Shown: positions 22,401 through 34,967 of the stretch, piece after piece
How the letters are laid out: each line of letters begins with the position of its first letter
Numbering within the stretch: position 1 is the stretch's first letter
NCBI GenBank assembly: GCA_051294375.1
Contig: CM119266.1
Coordinates: 3,031,812-3,095,811, forward strand
Source of the DNA: Paraspadella gotoi
Lineage: Eukaryota; Animalia; Chaetognatha
Direction of reading: 5' to 3'
Length of the DNA: 64,000 nt
Notes under the pieces: generated by a model
The model's input: only the letters and a program-made list of their open reading frames with translations
Database searches by the model: none
Told to the model about the DNA's origin: nothing
Position numbers and translations under genes: made by a program

Positions 22401-23230
22401 TGGACTATAAAAAGATAATATAAAACGAATTAATAAAAACCTTAACACAAAATTAAATCAAGTAAAGAAACATTAAAACAAACCTGCTTCACGCTCGTAA
22501 AGCTTGAGAACTACTAACATAATTCTTACTTTCTCTCACATAGGAAAGTTTCTTCACTCAGATATATAACAAACGTTTTAGGCAAAAAGAGCAACGATTT
22601 TTGGGAAACGTGAAACACGGAAATATTTAACAAAACTAATTTATATTAGAACAATCAAATTAAACTAAATCATAGTAGGAAGGATGGAGATTCGATCTTT
22701 GGACCTTTTAAACCATTAGTGGATGATTAGTAACAAATACCATTATGTTTTATAACTTCCAACATGATTATTATAATTATCGTAGCCTGTTTAAATATCT
22801 ATTCTAAAACAAGTGAACAAAGGAAACACTTATAGATCAGTAGCTCTAACTAGTAGTAACTATTTTACTTTTTGAGGTGAAACTTTTCACTATGCTTATT
22901 CAGTCATAAAGGAAACTTATTGTCATGGAGTCACTGCTTTAAAAAATGATTATTATTAATGCTTGTTATTGTAATATTAGTATTTGCTTGCTATTGCTTG
23001 TGTTTTGCCTTTTTATATGCATATAGAATATCTATATGCTTTGATTATTTTATTAAGTTCTTGTTTTTAATAAAGAACAAAACAAGCTTTGTTCAAGACA
23101 TTTTACCAAGCTCTAAAGCAAGCTATAAACTTGCGCTAAAGACGCCGATCTGACGACGCCGATCTGCAACGCCGGTCAAGCGGCGTCAACGCGCGTGGTG
23201 AACCATTTCCGGTTCCGACGACAATTCCGA

Positions 23231-23278
<48 letters not shown>

Positions 23279-23942
23279 ATCAAATAGAAACTTTCGACAT
23301 CAAATCTTTCCGCCTCCGACCGAATGACACAAACATAAAATTAGTGAGATTCGGAACCAATGACACGAGATGACATCTTCTGACACGAGATGACATCTTC
23401 TGACATTCTTGATCTAAGAAGAAATGAAAATGAGTCAAGGGTCAAGGTTGTTAAGAGAGAAGTTGACGTCGTCGTCGTCATCGTCGTTGTCGTCATCATC
23501 GTTGTCGTCGTCGTCGTCATCATCGTTGTCGTCGTCGTCGTCATCATCGTTGTCGTCGTCGTTGTCATCAAGATTCGTCGTTGTTGTTTTTGTCGTCGTT
23601 CTTATCTTCCTTTAAATCGTTGTTTCCCAACTGGACGTTTTGGATCTTTAATTGACGACAGTCGTCGCCTTTATCGTCATGGCTCTCTCTCTCTCTCTCT
23701 CTCCTCTCTCTGATCTCCTCGCATCTCTCCTCTCTCTCTCGTCTCTCTCTCTCTCCTGTCTCTTCTTTCTTTCTCTTCTCTAACGGGGTCGACCACCTTC
23801 GTGAATGATCAGCATCGTTAATCTCTCTTGATCTCTTTCTTTTCTCTCTCTCACCCCCCCCCCCTCTCTCTCTTCTCCGTCTCTCTCTCTCTCTCTTCCT
23901 CTCTCTCTCTCTCTCTCCTCTCTCGTCTCTCTTCTCTCTCTG

Positions 23943-23976
<34 letters not shown>

Positions 23977-24125
23977 CTCTCTTCTGTTTTCCTTTGCAGA
24001 TTCTTTTTTATTATTTCCGATGGATTTTTTGTCCCGTCGGCCATCAATACTTTAATTTTTATAATTATCTTTTTTCCACAGTATTTTATTGTATTTTTAA
24101 TATACTTTTTTATCCCCGATTCACC

Positions 24126-24206
<81 letters not shown>

Positions 24207-24429
24207 CACCCAGAAACCCAGCACGCTTACAATTCTCTCCCCTTTTTCTCATCCATCTCCTCTCCCTTCCTTTATCCTCAACATTCTCCCAAAACTTTCT
24301 CCCCACACATCCCCCCCCCCGGCGCCACTGCTCGCGCGTGGGCGCCGGGGAGAGAGTCAAAGCGCGCGCTTAATCATTTCTCTCCCGCGACGACCGAAGG
24401 AGTTTAACGTCGGCGCAACGTCGCCTTGG

Positions 24430-27400
24430 GGGAGATGGGAACCGGAAGAGGGACTGAGAGTGGAATAGAGAGAGTTAAGGAGATGGGAACCGGAAAGAAG
24501 GGACTGAGAAGTGGGAATAGAGAGTAAGGAGATGGGAACCAGGAAGAGGGACTTGAGCGTGGAATATGATGGGATGTGGAGGAATGGGACACCACCACAC
24601 CGGAAGAGGGACTGAGAGTGGAATAGAGAGTGAAGGAAGATGGGGAAACCGAAAGTGGCAATAGTAGAGTGGAATAGAGAGTGAAGAAGATGGGAACCAT
24701 GAAGAAGGGACTGAGAGTGGAAATAGAAGTGAAAGGAGATGGAACCTCCGGAAGTGGCTTAGAAAGTGGAATAGAGAGTGAAGGAGATGGGAACCGGAAG
24801 AAGGACTGAGGAGTGGAATATAAGAGTGAAAGGAGAATGGGGCCAGAAAAAGAGGGACCTGAGGTGGAATAGAGAGTGGAAGAAGATGGGAACCCGGGAA
24901 GAGCGGACTGAGATCGGGAATCAGAGAGTGAAAGGAGATGGGCAACACCGAAGGGGACTGAGAGTGGGAATAGGAGCCACGCCTTACAAGGAGAATGGGA
25001 CCGGAAGACGGGACTGAGAGTGAATAGAGAGATAAGGAGATCGGCAGGCATCCGGAAAGGAGTGGGGCTTAGAAAAGTGGACATAGAGGGTGAAGGAGGC
25101 TGGGAAAAACCGGAAAGGGACTGAGAGTGGAATAGGAGTGAAGGAGATGGCAACGGAAGAGGGGACAGAGAGTGGACATTGAGAGTAGAAGAGAGTAGTG
25201 AACCGCAGATAAAAGAACCATGGGCACTAGAGGTGTATATACCTATGTATGAATGGAGAGGGGGAAGGACAAAAGTAGAAGAGACGGTAGGGCTCACGAG
25301 TCAAGAGTGGAATAGAGAGTGAAGGAGATGGGAAACGCTGGAAGAGGGATGAGAGTGGAATAGTAGAGATGAAGAAGATGGGGAACCAGAAAGAGGGACG
25401 AGAGTGGAATAGAGAGTTTAAGGAGAATGGGGGAAACCGGAAGTGGCTCGCTTAGAGAAAAGTGGATATAGAGGGGTGAAGGAGCTGGGAACGCGGAAGT
25501 GGCTTAGAAAGTGGAATAGGAGAGTGAAGGAGATGGGAACCGGAAGAGGGACTGAGAGTGGAATAGAAGAGTGAAGGAGATGGGAAAGCAAGGAAGAGGG
25601 GGACTGGAGAGTGGAAATAGCAGAGTGAAGAAGATGTGATGAGCGGAATTTAAATTGTAGGAGGAGCTACACCGTCGATCCGGCTTTGAACAAACACGGT
25701 TGGGTTAAGGGGGTTCAAGTCATGAGGATTAATTGGAGTTCAAAAAAGTTTGTGTGTAAACGTGCTCAATCTGCAGCAAAAGGTAAGGACGGCCAAAGGC
25801 ATCATACAATCATCCGGATTAAGCTCATGATGATGGACGGGAGAATGACGACATGAATGGTAAACAAATAAAACTATAAGAAAACCCCGACACTGGCTAA
25901 TGAATAATCCATATCACGTGATCTGTAAATATAGAAGAAAAAGTTTAATACAAAATAACCAGATGATGATATGGATGATAATAATCATATCATAAGTAAA
26001 GTTTTAGTTGATTAAAAGAAACGGACGAAATGAAAAAACTACTTTCCAATCCGACATTTCGTGGCAAAAGTTTGAGTCCAACACGTGCGCTGATCCATCC
26101 TTTACTAAGAAGACTTGGTGAGGCGTTCCCGCCATCAGGTAGTGTCGCTCCCTTGACGAGAACGGCGGCTTGAGCGATCTTCGCGGCAGGAGGGGACTAC
26201 GCTCGGCGTCCTCTTTCACGGTTTTGGAGAAAATGCTTACGGCAAGCGAAGAAGACAGGTCTTACTCGCCAAATTTGTAGAGCGAGAATGGCAAAGATGG
26301 CTCGCGATGGCGTTAGGAAACTTTGAGCCGATGGAACGGATCGCCGAAAAATGTCGAGCACGGCGGCAAAACTTGCCTTTGTGACGACTTCGGCCCAGAA
26401 TCGATTGAAGGACAAAAGATTCGCGCGTCGGTAACAGATTTTGCGACGTCGAAAAACTTGGAAGGGGCACTTCGAGGTCGCAAGCGTGACAATTCAACGG
26501 CGTACGCTTTTTGTAGAATAAAAAAGACGGCGTGGTAGCGATAAATGAGGAGATCATGNNNNNNNNNNNNNNNNNNNNNNNNNAGTGGAATAGAGAGTGA
26601 AGGAGATGGGAACCGGAAGTGGCTTAGAGAGTGGAATAGAGAGTGAAGGAGATGGGAACCGGANNNNNNNNNNAGAGTGGAATAGAGAGTGAAGGAGATG
26701 GGACGGCAAGTAGGGACTGAGAGTGGATAGAGAGTTAGGGATTTTGGGAACGCGGAAGTGGCTTAGAAAGTGGAATAGAGGGTGAAGGCAGCTGGGAAAC
26801 CGAAGAGGGACTTAAAGTGGAATAGGAGTTTAGGAGATGGGACACCGAAAGTGGCATAGAGAGTGGAACATAGAGAGTGAAGAAGATGGGAACGTGAAAG
26901 AGGGACTGGAGTGGAATAGAGAAGCCTGAAGGAGATGGGAAGCGGAAGTCGGCTTAGAAATGGAATAGAAGAGTCGAAGAAGATGGGAACGCGGAAGAGG
27001 GACTGAGAGTGGAATAGAGAGTGGATAGAGCTGGGACCGAAGAGGGATGAGAGTGGAATAGAGAGTGAAGCAAGATGGGACCGGAAGCATGGGACTGAGA
27101 GTGGGAATAGAGAGTGAAGGAGCATGGAACCCGGAAGAGGGAACTGAGAGATGGAGATAGAGAGTTAAGGAGATGGGACCGGAAGACGGGATCTGAGAGT
27201 GGAAATAGAGCAGTTAAGGCGATGGCGACGAAGTGGCCTTAGAAGTGAAATAGAGGGTGCACAGGAGCCTGGGAACCCGCGAAGAGGGACTTACCGAGTG
27301 GCATAGAGCAGTGAAGGAGATCGGCCAACCCCGGAAGCAGGGACCTCGAGAGTGAATAGAGCCACCGCTGAAGCGAGACTGGGAACCGGAAGAGGGACAC

Positions 27401-28260
27401 GAGATGGAATTGAGAGTGAACGGAGATGGGAACTCCCCGCTCAGCGGAATCAGCAGGCACTTTATCAGTGGAATAGAGAGCTGACAGGACCGATCGGGAA
27501 CCCCCGGAAGTGCCGCGGCTTACGAGAGTGCGCCGACCTAGCACGAGTCGCAAGGAGATGGGCGAAACCCCGGCATAGAGGGACTGAAGTAGTGGAATAG
27601 ATAGTTACGAAGGAGAATGCCGAACTCGGAAGAGGGACCTGAGAGCTGGCAATAGACGAGTTACAGGAGATCGGGAAACCCGGAAGTGGCTTAGAAAGTG
27701 GAATAGAGGCGTGACTACGGAGCTGGAACCCCGGAAGAGAGGAACTCCTAGACGTGGACCATACGAGAGGTCGGGAAGGAGATGGGAACCTGGATCAGAG
27801 GGACTAGAGAGTGGAATAGAGAGTGACACGGAGACTGGGAACCGGAAGCGGACTAGTAGAGGTGGATGAACGAGCGTGAAGCGCAGGATGGGAACCGGAA
27901 AGACGGCTACGAGGTGGAATGAGACGTTCAAGGAAGATGGGGAACCAGAAGGACTTGAGGAGTGGAATAGAGAGTGACAGGAGATGGGAACGGGAAGAGG
28001 ACTAGAGAGTGATAGTAAGAGTGAAGAGATGGGAAGCCGGAAGAGGGCGAAGTGGAATAGAGATGTGAAGGAGATGGGAACCGAGAGGGACTTGAGAGAT
28101 GGAATAGAGAGTGACAGGACGATGGGAACCGGAAGAGCCGGACTGAAGTGGAATAGAGAGTGAAGGAGAATGAGGAAACCGAAGTGGCATAGAGAGTGGA
28201 AATAGAGAGTGACGAGTATGGGGATAAACCGGAGTGCAAGAGAGGTGGTCATACGAGAGT
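24430..28260. repeat. ~46-bp purine-rich satellite (GAGAGTGGAATAGAGAGTGAAGGAGATGGGAACCGGAAGAGGGACT) in two noisy blocks, 24430-25640 and 26584-28260
   Basis: Unit read directly. Explains the long S/P/L/F-rich minus-strand ORFs. Confidence 0.88.
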
Positions 28261-29323
28261 GAAGGAAGACTGAGGAATTGGTTATTAGAAGTGAGGATGG
28301 ACTGAAGTGAGAACCGCTCCAGCATTAAGATTGGCACCTGAAGTGAAACCGACATCAAAGATTAAATTGGAAGCAAATGACGTTGAAAGGGAAAATTATA
28401 GGAAGTAGAACCGTCGCCAGATATTAAGGCATTTCTCAGGAGAGGAGACATTAACGGGTTATGGCTTGGCAGAGGGTGAAAGCAGGGTAAGTTATAGCTT
28501 AACAGATGATTGGAGATGGTGGAGTCTGGGCTCGATTGGCTTATGGGATTGGCGTCTGGCGAATTAAATAACGTCCAACGATGGGCGTGACTTCATTTTC
28601 GGCGGCGCCTATTTTAGTGTAAGCGAAACTTTTTCGCAACTTTTCTCGATTTTTTTTTTGCTTTAGAATATCCAGAAAAAAAAATGTGCTGTGATGATAT
28701 CGGAACCTGTGAGGACTGTGAGGTTATTTGAAAGAGTGAGGCCCGTTCACGTTTCCAAGTGGTGGGAAAAAAAGGAATTGGAATGAATAAAAAATGATGT
28801 GTTCATTTTTTCCCAATGTCGTCATAAGCACGAGAGCTCAGAAATCTTCCCTTCGGCGTAAAAAGAGATATCTGCTTTGATAAAAAAAAAAGATCCGCCT
28901 TTTGCGCCGATAATTGTCGTCTATCATTTAAATAAGATAATAATCTTTTTAAAAAATATTAGAAATGTACTCCGAAAATCGAAAGAACAATGGACGAAAA
29001 AATCTGAACCGATTTTCATTGTGGTTTTCCAATAATGTTTTGATTTTATAAACTTTAAATATTCGGAAAAAAAAATAACAATGAACTTTATACGAATATT
29101 AATTATTTCCTGTACTCTGCGTTCAGGCCATATCATTAGAACGAAAAGTCGTTCTTGGTGCACGTCAAATGAAACTCACAACTCGACGGTTTGAGAAAAT
29201 CGATTTGTCAAAAAGATGTTTTGAGTTTTTTAAATTGGTTTTAGTGATTATTGTGAGTCTATTTTGTTCGTGACTTGGTTGTTGACGTCATCGTCGTCGT
29301 CATCGTTTTCGTCGTCGTCGTCG

Positions 29324-29361
<38 letters not shown>

Positions 29362-30119
29362 TTTGTCATCTTTATTTCCAGTCTCACCCTCTTGCAAATT
29401 GTTATTAGCCCCTTTTTCCTCCTTTTTTCTCCTTTTTCCTCCTTTTTTGTTCTTTTTTCTCCTTTTTTTCTCCTTTTTTCCCCATTTTTTTGTTTTCAGT
29501 GATTTATGGCTGGTGAGCGGGACAAAACGCCTTTGGTGAGATTCACGACGGGCGATGTGAGGAATAAAGGAAAAAAGGAATCAAAATGGGAAGGACATGA
29601 GGGAGATGAAAAGGGAAGGACCAAGGTCAAATAAAAAGATCTATGGGGGGGGGACTGAAATAGGGGCTCAAATACAATAGAAGAACAAAAATCCTTCAAT
29701 GACACGACATGATATGACATTTGGAACTCAATCAAAGACACACAATAGAAGAAAGACATTGAATGTTGAAAATCAAAGGAAAGAACAAAGAGAGAAATAA
29801 AAACCCCTGGAGATCAATGAAAAAACAAAGGGATGATATAAAAATAAAAAGGGGAAAAAAATCGTTTGATGAAAAACAAGACAAAAGAGAAAAGCAAAAG
29901 AAAGAAACAAAGGAAAGAAAAGAAAAAGAAGGCAAAGAAAAGACAAACACCTCGTTATCACAAAGGTCGAAAAAAGTGTCACGAGCAGAAATGAGTGGGA
30001 TAAAAAGTGACACTACCAATATGTCACTAAGATGAAAACAACAACGAAAATAAGAAAAGAAGGGGATGCTGGGAGTCATTCGTTTTGTGTCAACATACCA
30101 TAATGTCAGGAGACATTGT

Positions 30120-30885
30120 CGGCAAACTTGACGAACGACGACGAGGAGGACGACGAAGAGAGGACGACGACGAAGTAGGACGAAGACGAGCGACGATAGA
30201 GGACGTTTAAGACGACGACGATAAAGGACGAAGACGAATGAGGACGACGATGAAGATAACGACTAAGAGGACGAAGACGACGACAAAGAGGACGAAGACG
30301 AAGACGATTGAGACGGACGACGAAGAGGACGGACAGTGAAAGACGACGACGAAGAGGACGAAGACGACGACAGAAGAGGACGACGATGAAGAGGACGAAG
30401 AGGACGAAGAGGAAGACGAAGAGGACGAAGAGGACGACGAAGAGACGAAGACGAAGACGAAGAGGATGAAGACGACGACAACAGAGGACGACGACGAGAG
30501 GACGAAGAGGACGGAAGAGGAGACAAAGAGGACGACGAAGAGGACGAAGACGACGACGAAGAGGACGAAGACGACGACGAAGACGACGACCATGAAGACT
30601 GACGACGAAGAGGACGCGAAGTGACGATCGGACGAAGAGCGACGAGAAGGAGGACAAGATGACGATGAAGACGATAGAGGAACGGAAGACGCGAGGACGA
30701 AGAGACGATGAAGAAGAAGAGGGACGAAGACGACGACGCAAGAGACGAAGATGAATTGAGGACTGATAGAGGGCGAGCCATGAAGACGACTGACAAAGAG
30801 GATTGAAGACGAGCAGAAGAGACGAAGAGACGAAGAGGACGAAGACGACGACAAAGAGGACGAAGAGGACGAGGACGAAGACGAC
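30120..30885. repeat. (GAC/GAA/GAG)n cryptic trinucleotide array (copy at 35050-35720)
   Basis: Low complexity; yields poly-S/R/D ORFs. Confidence 0.85.
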
Positions 30886-31159
30886 TAATTCAGTTGGAAT
30901 GGTCGAATCGCGAACTCGTTTATCGTCGCCCTGACGAAGGTGCCAGGAGATGGAATAAGGGAGGAAAGGAAAGAAGGGGAAGGGAGGAAAGGAAAGGAGG
31001 GGAAGGGAGGAAAGAAGAGAAGAGCATGGAGGAAGAGTTGAAAAGGGGAATTGAAGGAGGAAAGGAATGGAAGGGAAGGGAGGAAAGAGGTAGAGTGTAG
31101 AGTGGGGAGGTGGCTGAGAAGGAATGGAATAAAGGAGGAATAAAGGAAAAAGAAAAGAA

Positions 31160-31201
<42 letters not shown>

Positions 31202-31229
31202 GAGAGAGAGAGAGCAGAGAGAGAGACAG

Positions 31230-31456
31230 AAGACTCGCGTCCAATTCACGTCGAGTCGACCGTCACGGACACCAACGAAAGAGAGAGGGCGTTGACGGTA
31301 AACACGAATAGGCGGCGGGTCAATCGTCGGTGGGCGTGGCCGGAAAACCGGAAACGACCGGAATTCCAGCGCAATCGCTCGATTGACGTCGTTGATCCGG
31401 GGGGAAAGTGGGCGGGGCGGGCAGGCGTGGCGGAACGGACCAGAGAGAGAGAGAGC

Positions 31457-31492
<36 letters not shown>

Positions 31493-31530
31493 GTTCTTGT
31501 GGGCGTGGCGTACAAAAAGGCGTTGCGCCG
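31230..31530. promoter_or_regulatory. CpG-rich cluster of GC-box, ETS-like and CRE-like motifs (candidate promoter/enhancer)
   Basis: GGGCGTGG x2, GGGCGGGG, CCGGAA x3, TGACGTC and GTAAACA within 300 bp. No linked exon found. Confidence 0.25.
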
Positions 31531-32784
31531 GCAACTCGTATTTGTTTACTGTTTATTCGTCGTTTTGTTGCTGAGTTTGACTTAAAATCGTTGGCGCGCC
31601 GCGGGATTGGTGAGAAGCGGGCCTTTCAACGTTCATCCCAAGACAACAGACAGAATGTAGCCTTGAAGTTTCATCCGGTGACTATTTAAGTAAAATCCAT
31701 CAACGATAACCATTGGGTACCGGGATCGATCCCTTTGGCCAGTGGGTAATGACGGTCTTAAGTCCGCCTTTATTTACGTTCCCAGGCAGGACCAGATGCT
31801 GGCTCGGTTTGGCAAACAATTAACGTACAGCAGTCTCGAGCTGACTTGACGCGATTTTTGAGTCAGTGATAGACGTGAGATGTTGATCAACACTTGAGAT
31901 ATTTGTTCGCGCGATTGTTGCGATTGGATGAGTAGCGAACGAGATCGTTCAGCCGAGTCGTCTGACCTTCGGTTTCGATACCGGCGCCTCTAATCAAGCG
32001 GCCTCCGGCGGCGACTTTGCAATGCGCCGGATCCCTCAAGGTCCAGATGAAGTCCCGGCTTAGGAGCCGTTGCAACGCCCGTGGATCCACATCCCTTTTT
32101 TGTATTCTATTGCGACTTGGAAAGCCGTGACGCCGCCAGCGCCGCCAGCGCCGCCTTCTCCCCCAGTCGAGAACGACGACGACGACGACAGCAACGACAA
32201 AGACGAAAACTATAACGACGACGATAACGACGACGACAACGACAAAAACGAGAACAATGACGACGACGACGTCTGACTCTCACGAAGCGTGAAAAATGTG
32301 TGATTCGTGAGGAAGAGAATTTGTGGAGGCGAATGAAAAAGGCGACGTTGAAGGATTTTAAAAGGGAAACTAGAGGGCGGGGGTTGGACGAGGTCGGTGG
32401 TAGCCAAGTGAGGGGTTTTGAAAGTGAAAGTCATTTTGAGTGAAAGGAGTGGCGGTGATGAAGTGGTGTGACTAAAGCGTGAACTATTGGAGTGAACTTG
32501 AGAATGATGGCAGCGAAACACGATGGAAAAGAGTTGAAAAGTAAACAATGCATCAATGACAGAAGAAACCTCTATTTCTCACAATGCTCAAAAGAAAATG
32601 AGGCTATTCCTCCCACAATACTCAAAAGCAAATAATAATTTTCCTCCCACAGTGCGAAAACGTCGTAGATTGTCTCGTTGTTGTTGTTATCTTTGGTTCG
32701 GGATCTACGGACCGACAAGACCGTGAGGGTCACCCTGTCGGCTGGAGACCGACAAAGGACGCCGGTTGGAGGACGCGTTAGAGA

Positions 32785-33130
32785 CGGAAGGCTGCATCGG
32801 CGAAGGCTCGCTTCAATGAAGACCGGGGAAGGCTGTTTTGGTAAAGGCCGTGTCGGCAAAGGCTTGCTTCAATCAAAACAGGGGAAGGCTGCATCGGCAA
32901 AGGCTGTGTTGGCAAAGGCTTTCTTTAATGAAAACAAGTCTGCATCAGCGAATGCTGTGACTGCAATCAAAATAAGGAAAGGCTGCGTCGGCAAGCTGCA
33001 TCGGCAAAGGCCGTGCTGGCAAAAGCTTGCTTAAATAAAGTCAGTGGATGGCATCGGCAGTGTCGGCAAAGGCTTGCTTCAATGAAGAGAGTGGAAGGCT
33101 GCATCGGCAAGGCCATGAGTGCTTCAGAGA
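32785..33130. repeat. Degenerate ~55-60-bp repeat (GAAGGCTGCATCGGCAAAGGC...GCTTCAATGAA)
   Basis: Recurring GGCTGCATCGGC / GGCAAAGGC motifs; copy at ~37860-38220. Confidence 0.7.
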
Positions 33131-33745
33131 ATGACTCAGTGGGTGTGACGGCCGAAGAGCCGTTTCGGCTGAACGGATTCCATTGCAAGGGCGGAAGAGA
33201 GGCTGCGACCTTGGTGATGAAACAGATATAACTGGTAAGAGCGAAAGTAGTAAAGAAGTGGCACTTAGTGGCATGGGTGGAAACCCCATAGTGGGTGGGC
33301 GTTTCTCGCGGCTGCGACCTCTGGGGTCATGGGTAATGGACTGCCGAGTCGAGACCGAGAATAAACAAAATGGCGGATATTCTTTTTGAATGAAAATCCG
33401 CGGCTTTTATTAATGTTTTTATTAATGTTTTTATTAATGTTTTTAGGTGTTTTAGTATTGATTTTTTTTTTGCGGATTTTTTTGTTTTAGTTTAATTAAA
33501 ATTAACTAAATTTCGCTTGTAAGATCTATCAAGTAAGTCTATCACTTATCTCTTTTCTCTGCTTTCCCTCTAGCTCACCCTTTATTCCACTCCCCACCCA
33601 TTATTTCCTTACCCAAGCCCCCTTACCCTTACCCTTAACCTACTCAATTCTCTCCTCCACCACGTTTAACTGAAGGAGTCTCTTTCTTCCTTGACTCAAG
33701 GAGCTCATTGCTCGTAACTGAGGGCCTTTCCAAAGTTACGATGAC

Positions 33746-33797
<52 letters not shown>

Positions 33798-33935
33798 CGG
33801 TTTAACAAAGAAAGTGAGGTTCACAATAGCGCCTTGAAAAGCGTTCACGCTAATGAAGCGTCGCTCCGTCTTCTCTTCACACTCACAGTCTTTCAGTTTC
33901 TCCCTCGAGTTTATCTTATTTTTTTCACGTGTGAT

Positions 33936-34330
33936 TTTTAGTCGGATTTGCTCATCAGCAGATTCCGGCTCTATAATTCACTTTGTCGGTCCGTCGGTCC
34001 GCCCCTTCAATCTTGTCAGGCACTCACTTATATCATGTCAGAACATCAAATTATGATAAATTATGCAAATAAAAAAAATGATGTCCGTCTGTCTGTCCAT
34101 CCGTCTGTCCGTCCTACCTTATCAAAACACTCCAATTACTCGTGATTTGATGGATAAATTGGAATGAAATTTTGTGTGTGGGTAGGGAAGTATGTTGGAA
34201 TCGTGCGAGTGAAAATAAATTTAAATGGAAAAAACAAAAAAATATATTTCACTATTTGAACGCCAATTACTCATGAGTGGATGGGCGATTGACTTAAAAT
34301 TTTGTATGTTCTGAGTGGAAATGAGTTTCA
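33936..34330 (+). mobile_element. DINE-1/HINE-like element, copy 2 (truncated duplicate at ~39741-39875; related ends at ~19670-19713 and ~20400-20469)
   Basis: Starts TTTTTAGTCGGATTTGCTCATCAGCAGATTCCGGCT (hairpin), then CTATAA..TTTGTCGGTCCGTCGGTCCG and an internal GTCC/GTCT microsatellite. Dispersed copies occur in both orientations. Confidence 0.55.
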
Positions 34331-34942
34331 CTAATTGATTATGCTTTTTTTCTTTTTGTATCAAATGTAAATACAAGATTTATTAATTAATCAAATATTT
34401 AATCAGTTAATTAATCATTAATTCAATTAAATAATAATTAATTAATTAAACAGTCAATTAATCAATTAATTTTTTAATCAATCAATTTATTTATCTATTG
34501 ACTAATTATTCAATTAATCAATTTATTTATCAATTAATTAATTATTTAATCAATCAATCTATCAATCAATCAATCAAGTCAATCGTTACCGGAATTATTG
34601 TCTTCGTCGCCATTATCGTCGTTGTTGCTTTTGTCGTGGTCAGTGACAAAAATAACCAAATACAAACATTTTGGATCAAAATTAATTAATTAATGCTAAT
34701 GATCGTGGGCAGATCCGACATTGTTTGCTCAAACTTGTTCTTTCAGGTTTCAACATTTTTTGTCATATATGTTATATGTTATATAACATTTAAAGTCATC
34801 CCGCTTCTTTTCAAATTAATTTCACTCAATAGTTTTAATCTTCACAAGATTTTATAAAATTGGTACGACCAAATTGGTACGACCAAATTGGTACGACCAA
34901 AAATTATTCATACATTCATTTTTTCATATCCCTGACTTCGGA

Positions 34943-34967
34943 NNNNNNNNNNNNNNNNNNNNNNNNN
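34943..34967. other. Exactly-25-N assembly gap (others at 15106-15130, 26559-26583, 44871-44895, 57115-57139)
   Basis: Ns counted directly. Other, variable-size gaps occur at ~9240, 9557, 10538, 26664, 42291, 43023, 43865, 45298 and 46452. Confidence 0.95.
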
